Positions 41,359 to 51,301 of a DNA stretch of 64,000 bases are shown in pieces. Position 1 is the first letter of the stretch. Each line of letters opens with the position of its first letter. Position numbers and translations under genes: made by a program. The notes under the pieces are model-generated. The model was given only the letters and a program-made list of their open reading frames with translations. It searched no databases and was not told the origin of the DNA. Source of the stretch: Syntrophales bacterium (GTDB taxonomy: Bacteria; Desulfobacterota; Syntrophia; Syntrophales; UBA2210); NCBI GenBank assembly GCA_963662405.2, contig CAXXKT010000001.1, forward strand, positions 1,088,001 through 1,152,000. The letters run 5' to 3'.

Positions 41359-42675
41359 TCATTTATGGGGAGGTCTTGACATCAGGGTAATGGCGGCCCC
41401 CAGAAGGCATGCCACACCTGCTATGATAAAGGGCGTGATCCATGCCGAAGGATCACCGCCTCCCCGGGCGGCGTCCTTGAAGTACCCGGCGATCTGGGGA
41501 CCGATGACCCCGGCGATGCCGTACGACACGAATATGAAGCCGTAGTTCAGCCCGACGTTCTTGTTGCCGAAATAGTCAGCCGTCACGGCGGGGAAGAGGG
41601 CGAAGTTTCCCCCGAAGTTGAACCCGATAATGCAGGCGCCAATGATGAGGGTGAAGACGGTCCCACCCATCCGATAAAAGAGGAGCATGATGATTCCCTG
41701 GAAGAGACACATGAGAAAGATGGACATCTTTCTTCCGATCTTGTCGGAGACCGTCCCCCAGATGATCCGACCGAGGCCGTTGAATATTGCGTACAAGGCC
41801 ATGGCGGTTCCAGCCGCCGCTGAGGCCGCGGCCGCCGTCATCCCGGCTGTTTGAAGGGAGTCGATCCCGAACAGCTTGATACAGTAGATGACCATGAGGC
41901 CGGCAATGGCGGAAAAGAGAAAGGTAAGCCATGTCATGTAAAACTGAGGGGTTTTCATCATTGCGCCTGATGTGAACTCGGTCATGCCCAAGGCGGCGTT
42001 TCCCGGATTGTCGGATGATGCCGGTGCGGGAGGGGTCCATCCTTCCGGCACATACCCCTCCGGAGGATCAACCATCACGACGCTCCCCACCAGTACGGCC
42101 AGAAGAAAGATGATGCCGTATAACAGAAAGACGCTCTGCACCCCGCCGAGACCGAAGAAGTCGAGGTGTTCGATGAGACCGAACCAGGAGCCGGCCGATT
42201 TGACCCAGATCGTCGCGCCAAAGCCGAAGCCGGCCACGGCCAGACCGGTGACCATCCCCTTCTTGTCCGGGAACCACTTGACTCCCACGGCGATGGGGAC
42301 GACATAAGCCAGGCCGATACCGGCACCACCGATGATCCCGATGAATACCAGCTGTGAAAAGAAAGAGGATCCGAACAGTCCCCCCAGGATGTATCCGGCA
42401 CCCAGAACGATCCCACCGAGGGATGCCAGTTTCCGCGGGCCTGTCTTCGCGAGCATGCGTCCGGAAATGATCATGACGACCGAGAACACCAAAAGGCCGA
42501 TTGAAAATATCCACGCCGCTTGGGTCGCGCTGAAGCCGTATGTGCCCCCCTTGTCGAGGGAAAGGGTCAATGTGGGTGTGAATACGGACCACGCGTAGAT
42601 CGCGCCGAGACACAATTGGATCAATATTGCGCCGATAACAACGTGCCATCGATTCATTACTTTGCCTTCTGCCAT
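41359..42675 (-). CDS. MFS transporter, oxalate/formate antiporter (OFA) family
   Basis: GAIYAWSVF, KWFPDKKG, NGLGRIIWG.VSDKIGR. Confidence 0.9.
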   Translation of the reverse strand: MAEGKVMNRWHVVIGAILIQLCLGAIYAWSVFTPTLTLSLDKGGTYGFSATQAAWIFSIGLLVFSVVMIISGRMLAKTGPRKLASLGGIVLGAGYILGGLFGSSFFSQLVFIGIIGGAGIGLAYVVPIAVGVKWFPDKKGMVTGLAVAGFGFGATIWVKSAGSWFGLIEHLDFFGLGGVQSVFLLYGIIFLLAVLVGSVVMVDPPEGYVPEGWTPPAPASSDNPGNAALGMTEFTSGAMMKTPQFYMTWLTFLFSAIAGLMVIYCIKLFGIDSLQTAGMTAAAASAAAGTAMALYAIFNGLGRIIWGTVSDKIGRKMSIFLMCLFQGIIMLLFYRMGGTVFTLIIGACIIGFNFGGNFALFPAVTADYFGNKNVGLNYGFIFVSYGIAGVIGPQIAGYFKDAARGGGDPSAWITPFIIAGVACLLGAAITLMSRPPHK

Positions 42676-42903
42676 GCGCATCTCTCCTTTTTTCGTTTGG
42701 AGTTGAATCCCCCCTAATTTTGAGAAAACTTCTGTGCGAGTTACCCAAAATCGATATAAAGATCAAGGAGAAAATAGGGACGGACGGATTTGTTTCGACA
42801 ATTAGCTGATATAATGGAGATATTAATGAAGGCGTAGGGACGTACGAACTGCCTGATGCTATCGGGACGCGAGAAACTGCCGGTCAGGAGCGAAGCGGTA
42901 TGT

Positions 42904-43230
42904 TCAGGACTTGGCCTGTTTCTTGAGAGCCTTTGACTCTTTCTTTTTCTGCTTTACCAGGCCCTTAGCCAGCTTTTTCTCCTGTTTTGCATGCTCCTCG
43001 GGGGATATGGCGAAAGAGGGCGGCGCCGGTGTTCCGGAGCCCCTTTCCGTCTCACCTTTTCCTCCGCTCGGAGGAACTTCCGCTTCAAGTTTCGGAGCGG
43101 CACCCTTCTTCTTCAACCGGGTCTTCTCCATCAGGTGCTTGGCGAAGGTCTTGCCGAACTGTCCGATAAAGCCAGCCAGCAAGACGATAAGGACCCATTT
43201 GATAATCCTGAGATAATCAAGATCAGTCAT
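42904..43230 (-). CDS. Small membrane-anchored hypothetical protein with a Lys-rich tail
   Basis: AGGAG RBS, N-terminal TM helix, overlaps the end of mobB. Confidence 0.65.
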   Translation of the reverse strand: MTDLDYLRIIKWVLIVLLAGFIGQFGKTFAKHLMEKTRLKKKGAAPKLEAEVPPSGGKGETERGSGTPAPPSFAISPEEHAKQEKKLAKGLVKQKKKESKALKKQAKS

Positions 43231-43777
43231 TGGTATGCTTCTCCTGCGGCAATCGCAGAAACAGATCTGTGATCAGTCGGGCGATGCCTGTTACATCGTT
43301 GATATCAAAACAGGGAACACCAATGTCCAACGGTACATCGCCGGCGACGGCGATCAGGTTGTCTTCCGCTGTGCAGAGCAGTTCCCGCTTCAAATCCGAC
43401 CGAAAGACCTCTATCTTCGGATAGAGATTTCCCTTGAAACCCTCCGAGAGAACGATATCGACGTCATGGCCACAAATGTACCGGTCACGCAATTCCCCGA
43501 TATCGAGTTCCTGATTGACATCCTCAATGACGGCGATCTGTTCGGGAGAGACCATAACCGTCATGCGGGCTCCCGCCTTTCGATGGCGCCAGCTGTCCTT
43601 CCCCTCGCGGTCGATATCGAAGCCACGGCGACTGTGTTTGATGGTGGCGACGCGCCAACCGGCATCGATCAACTCCGGGATGATCCTCTCGATCAGGGTT
43701 GTTTTCCCTGATTCTGATTTTCCCACGATGGAAACAACGGGGATCGTCTCGGGGATGTGAGGATTACTTGTCTGCAT
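43223..43777 (-). CDS. mobB: Molybdopterin-guanine dinucleotide biosynthesis protein B
   Basis: VGKSESGKTTLIE, TIKH, GKDSWRH, EGFK..PKIEV. Confidence 0.9.
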   Translation of the reverse strand: MQTSNPHIPETIPVVSIVGKSESGKTTLIERIIPELIDAGWRVATIKHSRRGFDIDREGKDSWRHRKAGARMTVMVSPEQIAVIEDVNQELDIGELRDRYICGHDVDIVLSEGFKGNLYPKIEVFRSDLKRELLCTAEDNLIAVAGDVPLDIGVPCFDINDVTGIARLITDLFLRLPQEKHTND

Positions 43778-44543
43778 GGTGATCGATCGTCCTGTCGATA
43801 AACCGGAGGTGGGGACGCATATGGGGTGTTCCGCCCCCCTCTGAAATAATCTGCATGATCTTCCGTGGATTGCGTATGGCTGATCCGCCGAGATGGGTGA
43901 CCGGTGTCCGGACAAATGCCTCCTCACAGATAGGTGTGGAGGGCCCCAGAACGGTGACATGCCGTGGGCTCCCCAGGCAGTTGAGAATCTCTTCGATTGT
44001 GTTGTTCAGGATCGACGTGGCGGTCACAATAGCCACGGTGCAATCTCCGAGGATCTTGTTCCGCTCCGTACGGTCGAGGATATCCCCTGTCCGATTTGGA
44101 TCTTTCTCGATGATCCGGAGGGTTGCCCCGGTCTTTTGTATCCGTTGTACCAGGGGACCAAAGTATCCCACCATTGCTACCCGATCATTGGGGGAAAGAT
44201 CCATCAGGGCAATTGAGTCTTGCTCCGTTTCTTCGGAGGAATCCGGATTCAGAAGCGCATTCGCCGTGGCAAGCCCCAGCGCCTTTTCCAGGGGGTTGGT
44301 CCCTGCAACGATCAAGTTCAAGAGATCCGAAGCCGCCGAGCCGGCCAGCGTTCCCGCTTTACCGATGGTTGCACACCCGGGTTTCAGTTCGTTTCTCAGG
44401 ACAGCGGCTACCCCTGTTCGCTCTCCGTCCAGTATAACGCCGATATACCCGAGTCCGATTCGTACCTCTTCCACCTGCAGCGCTCCGGCTTTGCCTGCGA
44501 GCTTGTCATGGATACTATGGGATATGGTGCCTGCTGGTATCAT
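43764..44543 (-). CDS. DUF364/DUF4213-like Rossmann-fold protein
   Basis: RIGLGY, ALGLATANA, VAMVGYFGP, TATSILNNT, LGPSTP. Confidence 0.8.
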   Translation of the reverse strand: MIPAGTISHSIHDKLAGKAGALQVEEVRIGLGYIGVILDGERTGVAAVLRNELKPGCATIGKAGTLAGSAASDLLNLIVAGTNPLEKALGLATANALLNPDSSEETEQDSIALMDLSPNDRVAMVGYFGPLVQRIQKTGATLRIIEKDPNRTGDILDRTERNKILGDCTVAIVTATSILNNTIEEILNCLGSPRHVTVLGPSTPICEEAFVRTPVTHLGGSAIRNPRKIMQIISEGGGTPHMRPHLRFIDRTIDHHADK

Positions 44544-44557
44544 GGATCTGATCTCTC

Positions 44558-45319
44558 CTATGACGGCACGGGCTGCTTGCCGCTGTTTTGCAATAGAAAC
44601 TCTTTTATCTTTGTTTTTCCGATGAGGACCCGCTTTTCCATGCTGTCGTTTACGAAGAGGACCGGTATCTCGTAGATGTGCATCCCTTCCAGGAGGTCAA
44701 AATGCTCGTCCGCATCCACCTTGTTTACAACGATATCACATGATTTACAGAGATGCTCTATTTCCTCACAGCTCGAGCAGGAAGTGCTGTAAAAAAGTGT
44801 CAGGTAACTCTCGTCGAGATGGTCTCCCAGGTTTTCCGTGCTGGTCACGGTTGGTAATATCAGGTAAAAACAGGCGAAAACGACGGCAAAACCGGCAAAA
44901 CCGGTGACGGCTTCCCATCGTCCCGACAGGAGCCAGATGATACCGAGTAGAACAAACAGGGCAAAAACCGACAGACAAAACCAGCAGGGGGCATAAACCC
45001 GGAATGCCTGATACCCGACGAGAAATCCTTCGGAGGCAATTGCCGCGCAGAGGATCGTGCTGATAAGTTTGTTCTTGTATCGGCTCAATAAAAGTGATCC
45101 TGGCCGTGACAGGACGGCGAGGAACGAAAAGACCAGAAGACCCGGTATGAGGAGCGATATGTCACCGTACCGGGCGTATCTCGCAACGGTTTTACAACCC
45201 TCTGATGTACACAGGCTGGTTTGCCAGAGGTTCATAGCGACCTCAATGAGGACAATGATGGTGCCGACAATACTCAGTATAAAAAAGACAACCGGTGTGG
45301 TTTTCTCTTTCCCGTTCAT
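44558..45319 (-). CDS. Vitamin K epoxide reductase (VKOR) family protein fused to a thioredoxin-like domain
   Basis: Loop cysteines CTSEGC, membrane CWFC, C-terminal CSSC. Confidence 0.7.
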   Translation of the reverse strand: MNGKEKTTPVVFFILSIVGTIIVLIEVAMNLWQTSLCTSEGCKTVARYARYGDISLLIPGLLVFSFLAVLSRPGSLLLSRYKNKLISTILCAAIASEGFLVGYQAFRVYAPCWFCLSVFALFVLLGIIWLLSGRWEAVTGFAGFAVVFACFYLILPTVTSTENLGDHLDESYLTLFYSTSCSSCEEIEHLCKSCDIVVNKVDADEHFDLLEGMHIYEIPVLFVNDSMEKRVLIGKTKIKEFLLQNSGKQPVPS

Positions 45320-45543
45320 CCTGGAACTCCTTTGCTCGAACAGCTTTAACAAAAATCGATACGGACCTGACGTGAGACGCCCCTGGCGCCGTTTTGCCGG
45401 TTAGTCCGTAATGAGCGGAGTGCATTATACCAAAAAAGTTAAGGCAGGCAAGGATAAAGACAGGATAAAGACAACGGTCCCGTGCCAGTGGTCATGCCGG
45501 ACGGATGGGTGCGTTATGATGGCGGTGTGGTTCGCCGATATTG

Positions 45544-46185
45544 TCAGTAGTTGTGTCCCGGTCGCTGGGGAAGGGTAAAGACGCAGGCGGCAAATCGTCC
45601 ATCATGGCTCAGGCTGAGGATCACGGGAAGCACCTCCTCTTTTATCCGGACCTCAGGGGGCGCCAGACCGTAATCCTCTTTCGGACGGATAATCGCGATT
45701 TCCTCCGGGTCGTTACCGAACAGGACCGACAGATTCTGCCTTGTCATGTGACGGACGAAGTCCGATTCGTCGGTGGATACACCGTGGTCCCGGGGTATCT
45801 CTCGGACATCCCATATGATCTTGTTGATTGTTTCGTGGTCCGCCGCACCGATACAGTGAACGTAATCGTCCGTGAATGTGAAACTGACGGAGATCGTACC
45901 ACGGGGGGTATGAACGGTCCCCGATTCCGGAACAGAATGATTGTGAGAAGACAACTTCACCTCATACCGTCTCGGGGCGGAAGAGACAGCAGGAGAACAC
46001 CTTCGCACCACCTTGTATGCCGTCTCTTTTCCCGCCCACAGCCGCCAGAGCATCCTGTCCGGATCGTCGTTGTCCCGAATCAGCCGTTGCTCATCCGGCG
46101 TGAACACCCTGCTCATGAAGCGGATATCGCGACTTTTCCCTGCTGTCCGAGGATCCGTAAGATCCACGATATCGTTGCCGATCAA
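45544..46185 (-). CDS. 4'-phosphopantetheinyl transferase
   Basis: IGNDIVD, LWAGKETAYK, LSLSHDG; TTG start. Confidence 0.88.
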   Translation of the reverse strand: MIGNDIVDLTDPRTAGKSRDIRFMSRVFTPDEQRLIRDNDDPDRMLWRLWAGKETAYKVVRRCSPAVSSAPRRYEVKLSSHNHSVPESGTVHTPRGTISVSFTFTDDYVHCIGAADHETINKIIWDVREIPRDHGVSTDESDFVRHMTRQNLSVLFGNDPEEIAIIRPKEDYGLAPPEVRIKEEVLPVILSLSHDGRFAACVFTLPQRPGHNY

Positions 46186-46912
46186 AGTACTCTTCCTCCA
46201 TGCGGGCTAGGTTCCCCACGATCTGCCGTGCGCAACTTCGCTGAGCCTTTAACCCCTGCCCGACCATTTCCGGAGAGAAGGGCTCAAGCTTCATGGTAAA
46301 GCGCTCACCGAACCGAGGGAGGCCACTGTACGTCTCCTGGCCGTCCCCTCTGAGATAAATACACATTACCCGGCAATCGGGGGCGTTGGCCACCAGGCGC
46401 CCGACACCGTATGAGGCATTCTCCACGTTTACCCTGCCTGTCCGGGAACGTCCCCCTTCCGGGAATATGAGGAGGCTGTTCTTCTTCTGCATGAGATAGA
46501 GGCACCGATCGAAGGTGGATCTCATATGTGTCCTGTCGCCGCCGCGGTTGATGGGGATGCACTTCGACAGGTAGCAAAAGACCGTCAGGAAGATATTCTT
46601 CTGAAAATTGGCTCGTTCCGGGAGATTCCAGGGGAGCCGTCGATAGCGCACCAGGTACCCGAAGAGGGGCGCCATGGCGCACTGAAGGATAAGAGAATCG
46701 ATCATGGTCAGGTGATTCGGACAGATAATCCACGGTCCCGTATGTTCCCGAAAGAGCAATCTGACCGTTCTTCGAACCTGCCTCAGATCGCGGACCCGGT
46801 ACCGCATCAGCCGGAGAAACAGATACGTGCTGGTACCGACAACCAGGGTAGACAGCCATCCCAGGATGGCCTGCAACCTATGGAGATAACGTTTCGTCCG
46901 GTTCATGGTCAT
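46091..46912 (-). CDS. PlsC-like lysophospholipid acyltransferase
   Basis: NHLTMID (HX4D), PINRG, IFPEGGRS. Confidence 0.9.
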   Translation of the reverse strand: MTMNRTKRYLHRLQAILGWLSTLVVGTSTYLFLRLMRYRVRDLRQVRRTVRLLFREHTGPWIICPNHLTMIDSLILQCAMAPLFGYLVRYRRLPWNLPERANFQKNIFLTVFCYLSKCIPINRGGDRTHMRSTFDRCLYLMQKKNSLLIFPEGGRSRTGRVNVENASYGVGRLVANAPDCRVMCIYLRGDGQETYSGLPRFGERFTMKLEPFSPEMVGQGLKAQRSCARQIVGNLARMEEEYFDRQRYRGSYGSSDSREKSRYPLHEQGVHAG

Positions 46913-46915
46913 GGC

Positions 46916-47164
46916 CTATTGCAACTTTCCCTTGACGATGTCGACGGCATTCCCGATCGTTCGAATCTGATCGGCATCATCATCGTCGATCTCGATGTCG
47001 AAGGCATCTTCACACTTGATAATCACATCAACCAGGCGCGCGGAATTGACCTTCAGATCGTCGAGGATATGGGTGTCATTTGTCACACCTTCCAGCAGTG
47101 CCGGATCCTTGACGTACGGTCTCAAGATATCTACCATTTCTTTAAAGATCTGTTGTTCTTCCAT
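46916..47164 (-). CDS. Acyl carrier protein with an atypical NSA motif
   Basis: Acidic 82-aa protein, DDLKVNSARLVDVI, EDAFDIEI. Confidence 0.88.
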   Translation of the reverse strand: MEEQQIFKEMVDILRPYVKDPALLEGVTNDTHILDDLKVNSARLVDVIIKCEDAFDIEIDDDDADQIRTIGNAVDIVKGKLQ

Positions 47165-47206
47165 TTTCTTTCTCCTTATGATGTATTTTTATATGTTTGA
47201 TTGTGC

Positions 47207-48484
47207 TTATGCCGCGTCCCACTTCTTGACGATGAGGCAGCTGTTCACATCCCCGAAACCGAAACTGGCCTTGGCGATGATGCTCAACTCAGGGTATTCC
47301 ATGGTCTCCCGCGGGATCTTTTCCGTAAAGGCCTCAATCTCGGGATGGATATCCTCACAATTGATGGAGGGATGGAGAAAACCCTTGTGCAACTGGAGAG
47401 CAACAGCCACCGTCTCGATGGCCCCCGCTGCACCGAGACAGTGCCCGACCATCGATTTTGTCGAGTTGATGTAAGGAAAGGTGTCGGGGGCCCGATTCAG
47501 GGCCTTTGACCAGTTCCAGACCTCTGAAGGGTCTGCGAAGGTCGCGGTGAGATGACCGCTGATGGCGTCGATATCTGCGGGAGTTATCCCCGCATCGGCT
47601 ATCGCCCCCCTGATGCAGGATTGAACCCCTGCCGGATTCGGCGCCGTCATGCTGCCGCCGCCTCGCTGACCGCCGCAGTTGACGACCCCGCCCCCGATTT
47701 CCGCGTAGATCCGCGCACCCCGCGTTCGTGCCGCTTCCAGCTCTTCGAGGACCAGGACGGCCGCCCCTGCGCCGGGAACAAATCCGTTTGCCGTGGCGCT
47801 CATCGGTCGTGAACCCTTCTCGGGATGATCGTTGAATTTGCGGGCGATGACCCGCATCGAATCGAAACCGGCCCAGATGTAGGGAGAAGGTCCTTCGGAC
47901 CCCCCCGCCAGCATGCGTGTTGCCTGCCCGGTTCGTATCCTCCACAGGGCATCGACGATCGCCTCTGTTCCGGTACTGCAGGCGGAGGAATTCGAGGTCA
48001 CCTGATTTCCGAGACCCAGGAGACCTCCCACGCGTGCGCTCGTCCCGCTGTTCATCACCTGCTCGACAATCGTGCTTCCCATCCGCCGTGTTCTCCCCGC
48101 ATTGACCATGGGGACCACCGTTTCGGCGATCGTGTCCATCCCGCCGATACCGCACCCGAGGATGGCTCCCGTTTCCCAGTCCACCGGATCGTTGTCCCCG
48201 GGGATCTCGAAGCCCGCATCGCGCCACGCATCCACGGCGGATATGGAAACATACCCGATGTTCTGGTTCATGGAGAGGCGCTCCTCTTCATTGAAGTAAT
48301 CGGGCAGGATCTCCTCGATCCCCTCCGGTGCCCCTCCGATCTGGCAACCGAACTTCAGTTCCTCCAGTCGGGGAAAAAACCGGACTCCCGAACGCCCCTC
48401 GCGCAGGGCCTGTTCGAACGTATCAAGCCCATGGCCGTTCGGCGCTACCACTCCCATACCTGTAATCACAACTCTACGTTTCAT
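47207..48484 (-). CDS. Beta-ketoacyl-ACP synthase (FabF-like)
   Basis: RRVVITGMG; catalytic Cys (SACST), His (GHLTAT) and His (GHCLGA); SFGFG. Confidence 0.92.
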   Translation of the reverse strand: MKRRVVITGMGVVAPNGHGLDTFEQALREGRSGVRFFPRLEELKFGCQIGGAPEGIEEILPDYFNEEERLSMNQNIGYVSISAVDAWRDAGFEIPGDNDPVDWETGAILGCGIGGMDTIAETVVPMVNAGRTRRMGSTIVEQVMNSGTSARVGGLLGLGNQVTSNSSACSTGTEAIVDALWRIRTGQATRMLAGGSEGPSPYIWAGFDSMRVIARKFNDHPEKGSRPMSATANGFVPGAGAAVLVLEELEAARTRGARIYAEIGGGVVNCGGQRGGGSMTAPNPAGVQSCIRGAIADAGITPADIDAISGHLTATFADPSEVWNWSKALNRAPDTFPYINSTKSMVGHCLGAAGAIETVAVALQLHKGFLHPSINCEDIHPEIEAFTEKIPRETMEYPELSIIAKASFGFGDVNSCLIVKKWDAA

Positions 48485-48950
48485 GAGAATCAACCCCTCT
48501 GCCGGTCAGTGTCCCGGAACAGATAAGTTCGCCGTGTTCCCGTTCCATACTGACCTTTGTTTTCAGGTTTCCCCTGCGGAGATAGACCTTTTCGCCTCTG
48601 ATGACGACCCTCTCGCCGGGACGGACGATGGCGTGAAACTCACACTCGTCGGCCATGACGAAGAGGGTAACCATGTGGCGAATGCTTTCAGGCAACACAC
48701 CCTGGAGTATCAGCAGGTATATCCCGAAGGCGACGACCCCCGTCTGCGCCATCGTCTCGATCAGGATGACCCCGGGGGTGACGGGTCGTCCGGGGAAATG
48801 CCCCCGGTAGAAGTACTCGTTCTCCCGGAAGCGGTATGTCCCGACTATGTGATCCTCGTCCATCTCCAGGATGTCATCGATAAAGCGAAACGGAGGTCTC
48901 TGGGGCACCATCTCCAGGACCTGCCGTACCGTTTCGGAATCAACCGCCAT
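48474..48950 (-). CDS. FabZ-like 3-hydroxyacyl-ACP dehydratase
   Basis: PQRPPFRFID, GHFPGRPVTPGVILIETMAQ. Confidence 0.9.
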   Translation of the reverse strand: MAVDSETVRQVLEMVPQRPPFRFIDDILEMDEDHIVGTYRFRENEYFYRGHFPGRPVTPGVILIETMAQTGVVAFGIYLLILQGVLPESIRHMVTLFVMADECEFHAIVRPGERVVIRGEKVYLRRGNLKTKVSMEREHGELICSGTLTGRGVDSHET

Positions 48951-49692
48951 ACAGCCCTCCGTTTACATGAATCACGCTCCCCGTAACGTACGTACCCCTG
49001 CGGGAGAGGAAGGCAACCACGTCTGCCACCTCTTCGGGACGTCCCATCCGCCCCAGGGGAATATTCTGGGCGATACCCTGCCGCACCTCGTCGGAGAGTT
49101 CCGTGGTCATCGCCGTATCGATGAATCCCGGCGCCACCGAGTTGACGAGGATATTACGCCCCTCCAGCTCTTTGGTGAGTGATTTGGTGAAGGCATCGAG
49201 GGCCGCTTTCTCCATCGTGTACGGTATCTGCCATTTGTTGCCGGTGTGGCCCACTACACTGGATATATTGATGATCCTGCCCTCCCCTGTCCGCAGCATG
49301 AAGAGGCGCAGTATCCGTTTGGTGAGATACCAGGTCCCGCGAAGCAGAGAGCGCTGCAGGTCGAACTCCTCGATCTTCATCGAGTTGATATCGTTATTGA
49401 CTGATATGCCGGCGTTATTGACCAGGACATCCACCCGTCCCGCCTCCCTCTTGATCGTCTTGACCATCGCCTCTCCGTCATCAGGGTCGGCGATATCGGC
49501 CTTGAGGAGAAAGCCGTTTCCAATACGGGAAAGGACCTCTTGCGCCGGCCCCTCGCTTGTACGATAGTGGATGCCGACCCTGAACCCTTCACCGGCGAGG
49601 GCCTCGCAACACGCGGCACCGATCCCGGTCCCCCCTCCCGTAACAATCGCCACGGGTCTTGACTCTGCGTCTGTACTGGCTGATCGGTTCAT
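48940..49692 (-). CDS. FabG-like 3-oxoacyl-ACP reductase
   Basis: TGGGTGIG, NNAG, YTMEK, VAPGFIDT, IPLGRMG. Confidence 0.9.
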   Translation of the reverse strand: MNRSASTDAESRPVAIVTGGGTGIGAACCEALAGEGFRVGIHYRTSEGPAQEVLSRIGNGFLLKADIADPDDGEAMVKTIKREAGRVDVLVNNAGISVNNDINSMKIEEFDLQRSLLRGTWYLTKRILRLFMLRTGEGRIINISSVVGHTGNKWQIPYTMEKAALDAFTKSLTKELEGRNILVNSVAPGFIDTAMTTELSDEVRQGIAQNIPLGRMGRPEEVADVVAFLSRRGTYVTGSVIHVNGGLYGG

Positions 49693-50285
49693 ATCTCCCT
49701 CTTGATAATGCCTCCCCGTGAATTGGAGGAGGGTTTTGGATAATCCGGATAGACGATCCCCTTGAAGATCCCCGTCCGGGCATTTTTGATGGTCATGATC
49801 AACTCGTCATCGACGAATACGGTGCCGTCACCGATGACGATGCTCGATCCGGAGTCCTTGAGATTCGAGAACCGTTTCACCTCGATTTCATACCGGACTA
49901 TCTGGTTATAGGGGCGTATCTGTCCATTGAAGACGATCTCCTCGCATCCCAGGGCCCTTCCGCCTCCCAGGCCACCCCTCCAGCAGCAGTAAAAACCAAG
50001 CAATTGCCAGATCGCGTCCACGCACAGGCACCCCGGCTGCACCGGGTCACCCGGCATGTGGCACTGAAAATACCAGGCGTCCATCCGGATGTCCTGCTCG
50101 GCCACGATGGTCCCTTTCCGTCCGTTCCCCAAAATTGAAAGGATCCGGTCAACCATCAAAAACGGCGGCGCGGGGAGCCGCGAGTCAAAAGATTCGGGCG
50201 GGTCGTCCACCAGTCGTCCGTAGGCGAAGGCAAGAAGATCGTTCAAGCAAAAGCTTTCCGTATTCATGAATTCAGTGTAATTCAA
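49689..50285 (-). CDS. fabA: FabA-type 3-hydroxyacyl-ACP dehydratase/isomerase
   Basis: LPAPPFLMVDRI, CHMPGDPVQPGCLCVDAIWQL (His/Asp dyad), GRALG. Confidence 0.88.
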   Translation of the reverse strand: MNYTEFMNTESFCLNDLLAFAYGRLVDDPPESFDSRLPAPPFLMVDRILSILGNGRKGTIVAEQDIRMDAWYFQCHMPGDPVQPGCLCVDAIWQLLGFYCCWRGGLGGGRALGCEEIVFNGQIRPYNQIVRYEIEVKRFSNLKDSGSSIVIGDGTVFVDDELIMTIKNARTGIFKGIVYPDYPKPSSNSRGGIIKREI

Positions 50286-50312
50286 CGTTTCCTCACAATC
50301 CGTTCAGTATCC

Positions 50313-51299
50313 TTATTGCACCACCCTGAGCATTGCCCGGACCCAGGTAAGCCCTCCCCCCACCAGGGCCAGCGCGATATGGTCGCCGGGACGCAGTTCA
50401 TCCCAGTGCTGGCTCAGCGTGCTGGGTGCCCCCGAACACCCGGCGTTGCCGTGCTCCACGATATTGTACCAGTGATTTTCTTCGGATATCCCGCACCGTT
50501 CGCACGTGGTTTGCAGCATCCCGAAGTTCGCCTGGTGCCCGATGAATTTGAATCTCCCCCCATCCACCGGGTACATCTCCTGTAATTCCCTGACTAGTTG
50601 TGTCGTCCTGCGTATCGCGAACCCCTGGACGGCGCTCCCCTCCTGGTCAAAGTGTCCGACGCGGGGGACGCGGACCTTGTCCCATGAAGAGGGACTCGAA
50701 TCGCAGAAGAAGGCCTCGCAGACTATCCGCGAGGGGACGGAGGCGGAGACGACGGCGGCACTGGTCCCGTCACCGAAGAGGGGCGCGGCCCGCCGGTCCG
50801 AATAATCGATGACCTTGGTCACATTTTCCGGCTGGACAATCAGGACATAGGGCGGAAGCGTTTCCGGCCTCATGTCGGAAAGAAACTTCAGCTGCATCCC
50901 GAAGGTAGAGCAGGCGGAATTCAGGTCGAAGCAGGGGACGTCGATCCCGATCTTCCCCGCTACCGTGGCTGCCTCCGCCGGGGTTATATAGTCGGACGCC
51001 GAACCGCCGGATATCACCATCCCGATATCTGCAGCTCTGAGCCCCGCCCTCTCGAGCGCGTGCTGCGCCGCGAGCGCTCCCGTCTGGGCGTTCGTATACA
51101 GCGCAGCCTCCGTGGCGGCCCGGAGATCCCTGTTCTTTGTTGCCTTGATATAATCCAAAGGGAGACCCGTCCGGCGGGTACGGATGCCGACCCGCTCAAG
51201 GATCCATTCCTCGCTGCTCCCGATGTCCAGTTCCTCCAGGAACCGGTTTGTGATCACATTCTCCGGGTGAAAGTGTCCCAACCCATGAAGATACAGCAT
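50313..51299 (-). CDS. FabH-like ketoacyl-ACP synthase III
   Basis: WILERVGI; catalytic Cys (SACST), His (GHQAN) and Asn (HGNAG); FGDG. Confidence 0.88.
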   Translation of the reverse strand: MLYLHGLGHFHPENVITNRFLEELDIGSSEEWILERVGIRTRRTGLPLDYIKATKNRDLRAATEAALYTNAQTGALAAQHALERAGLRAADIGMVISGGSASDYITPAEAATVAGKIGIDVPCFDLNSACSTFGMQLKFLSDMRPETLPPYVLIVQPENVTKVIDYSDRRAAPLFGDGTSAAVVSASVPSRIVCEAFFCDSSPSSWDKVRVPRVGHFDQEGSAVQGFAIRRTTQLVRELQEMYPVDGGRFKFIGHQANFGMLQTTCERCGISEENHWYNIVEHGNAGCSGAPSTLSQHWDELRPGDHIALALVGGGLTWVRAMLRVVQ

Positions 51300-51301
51300 C
51301 C

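Noticed and set aside
45451..45472. 11-bp tandem duplication aggataaagac x2
   Set aside because: Only two units; probably a slippage event with no evidence of function.
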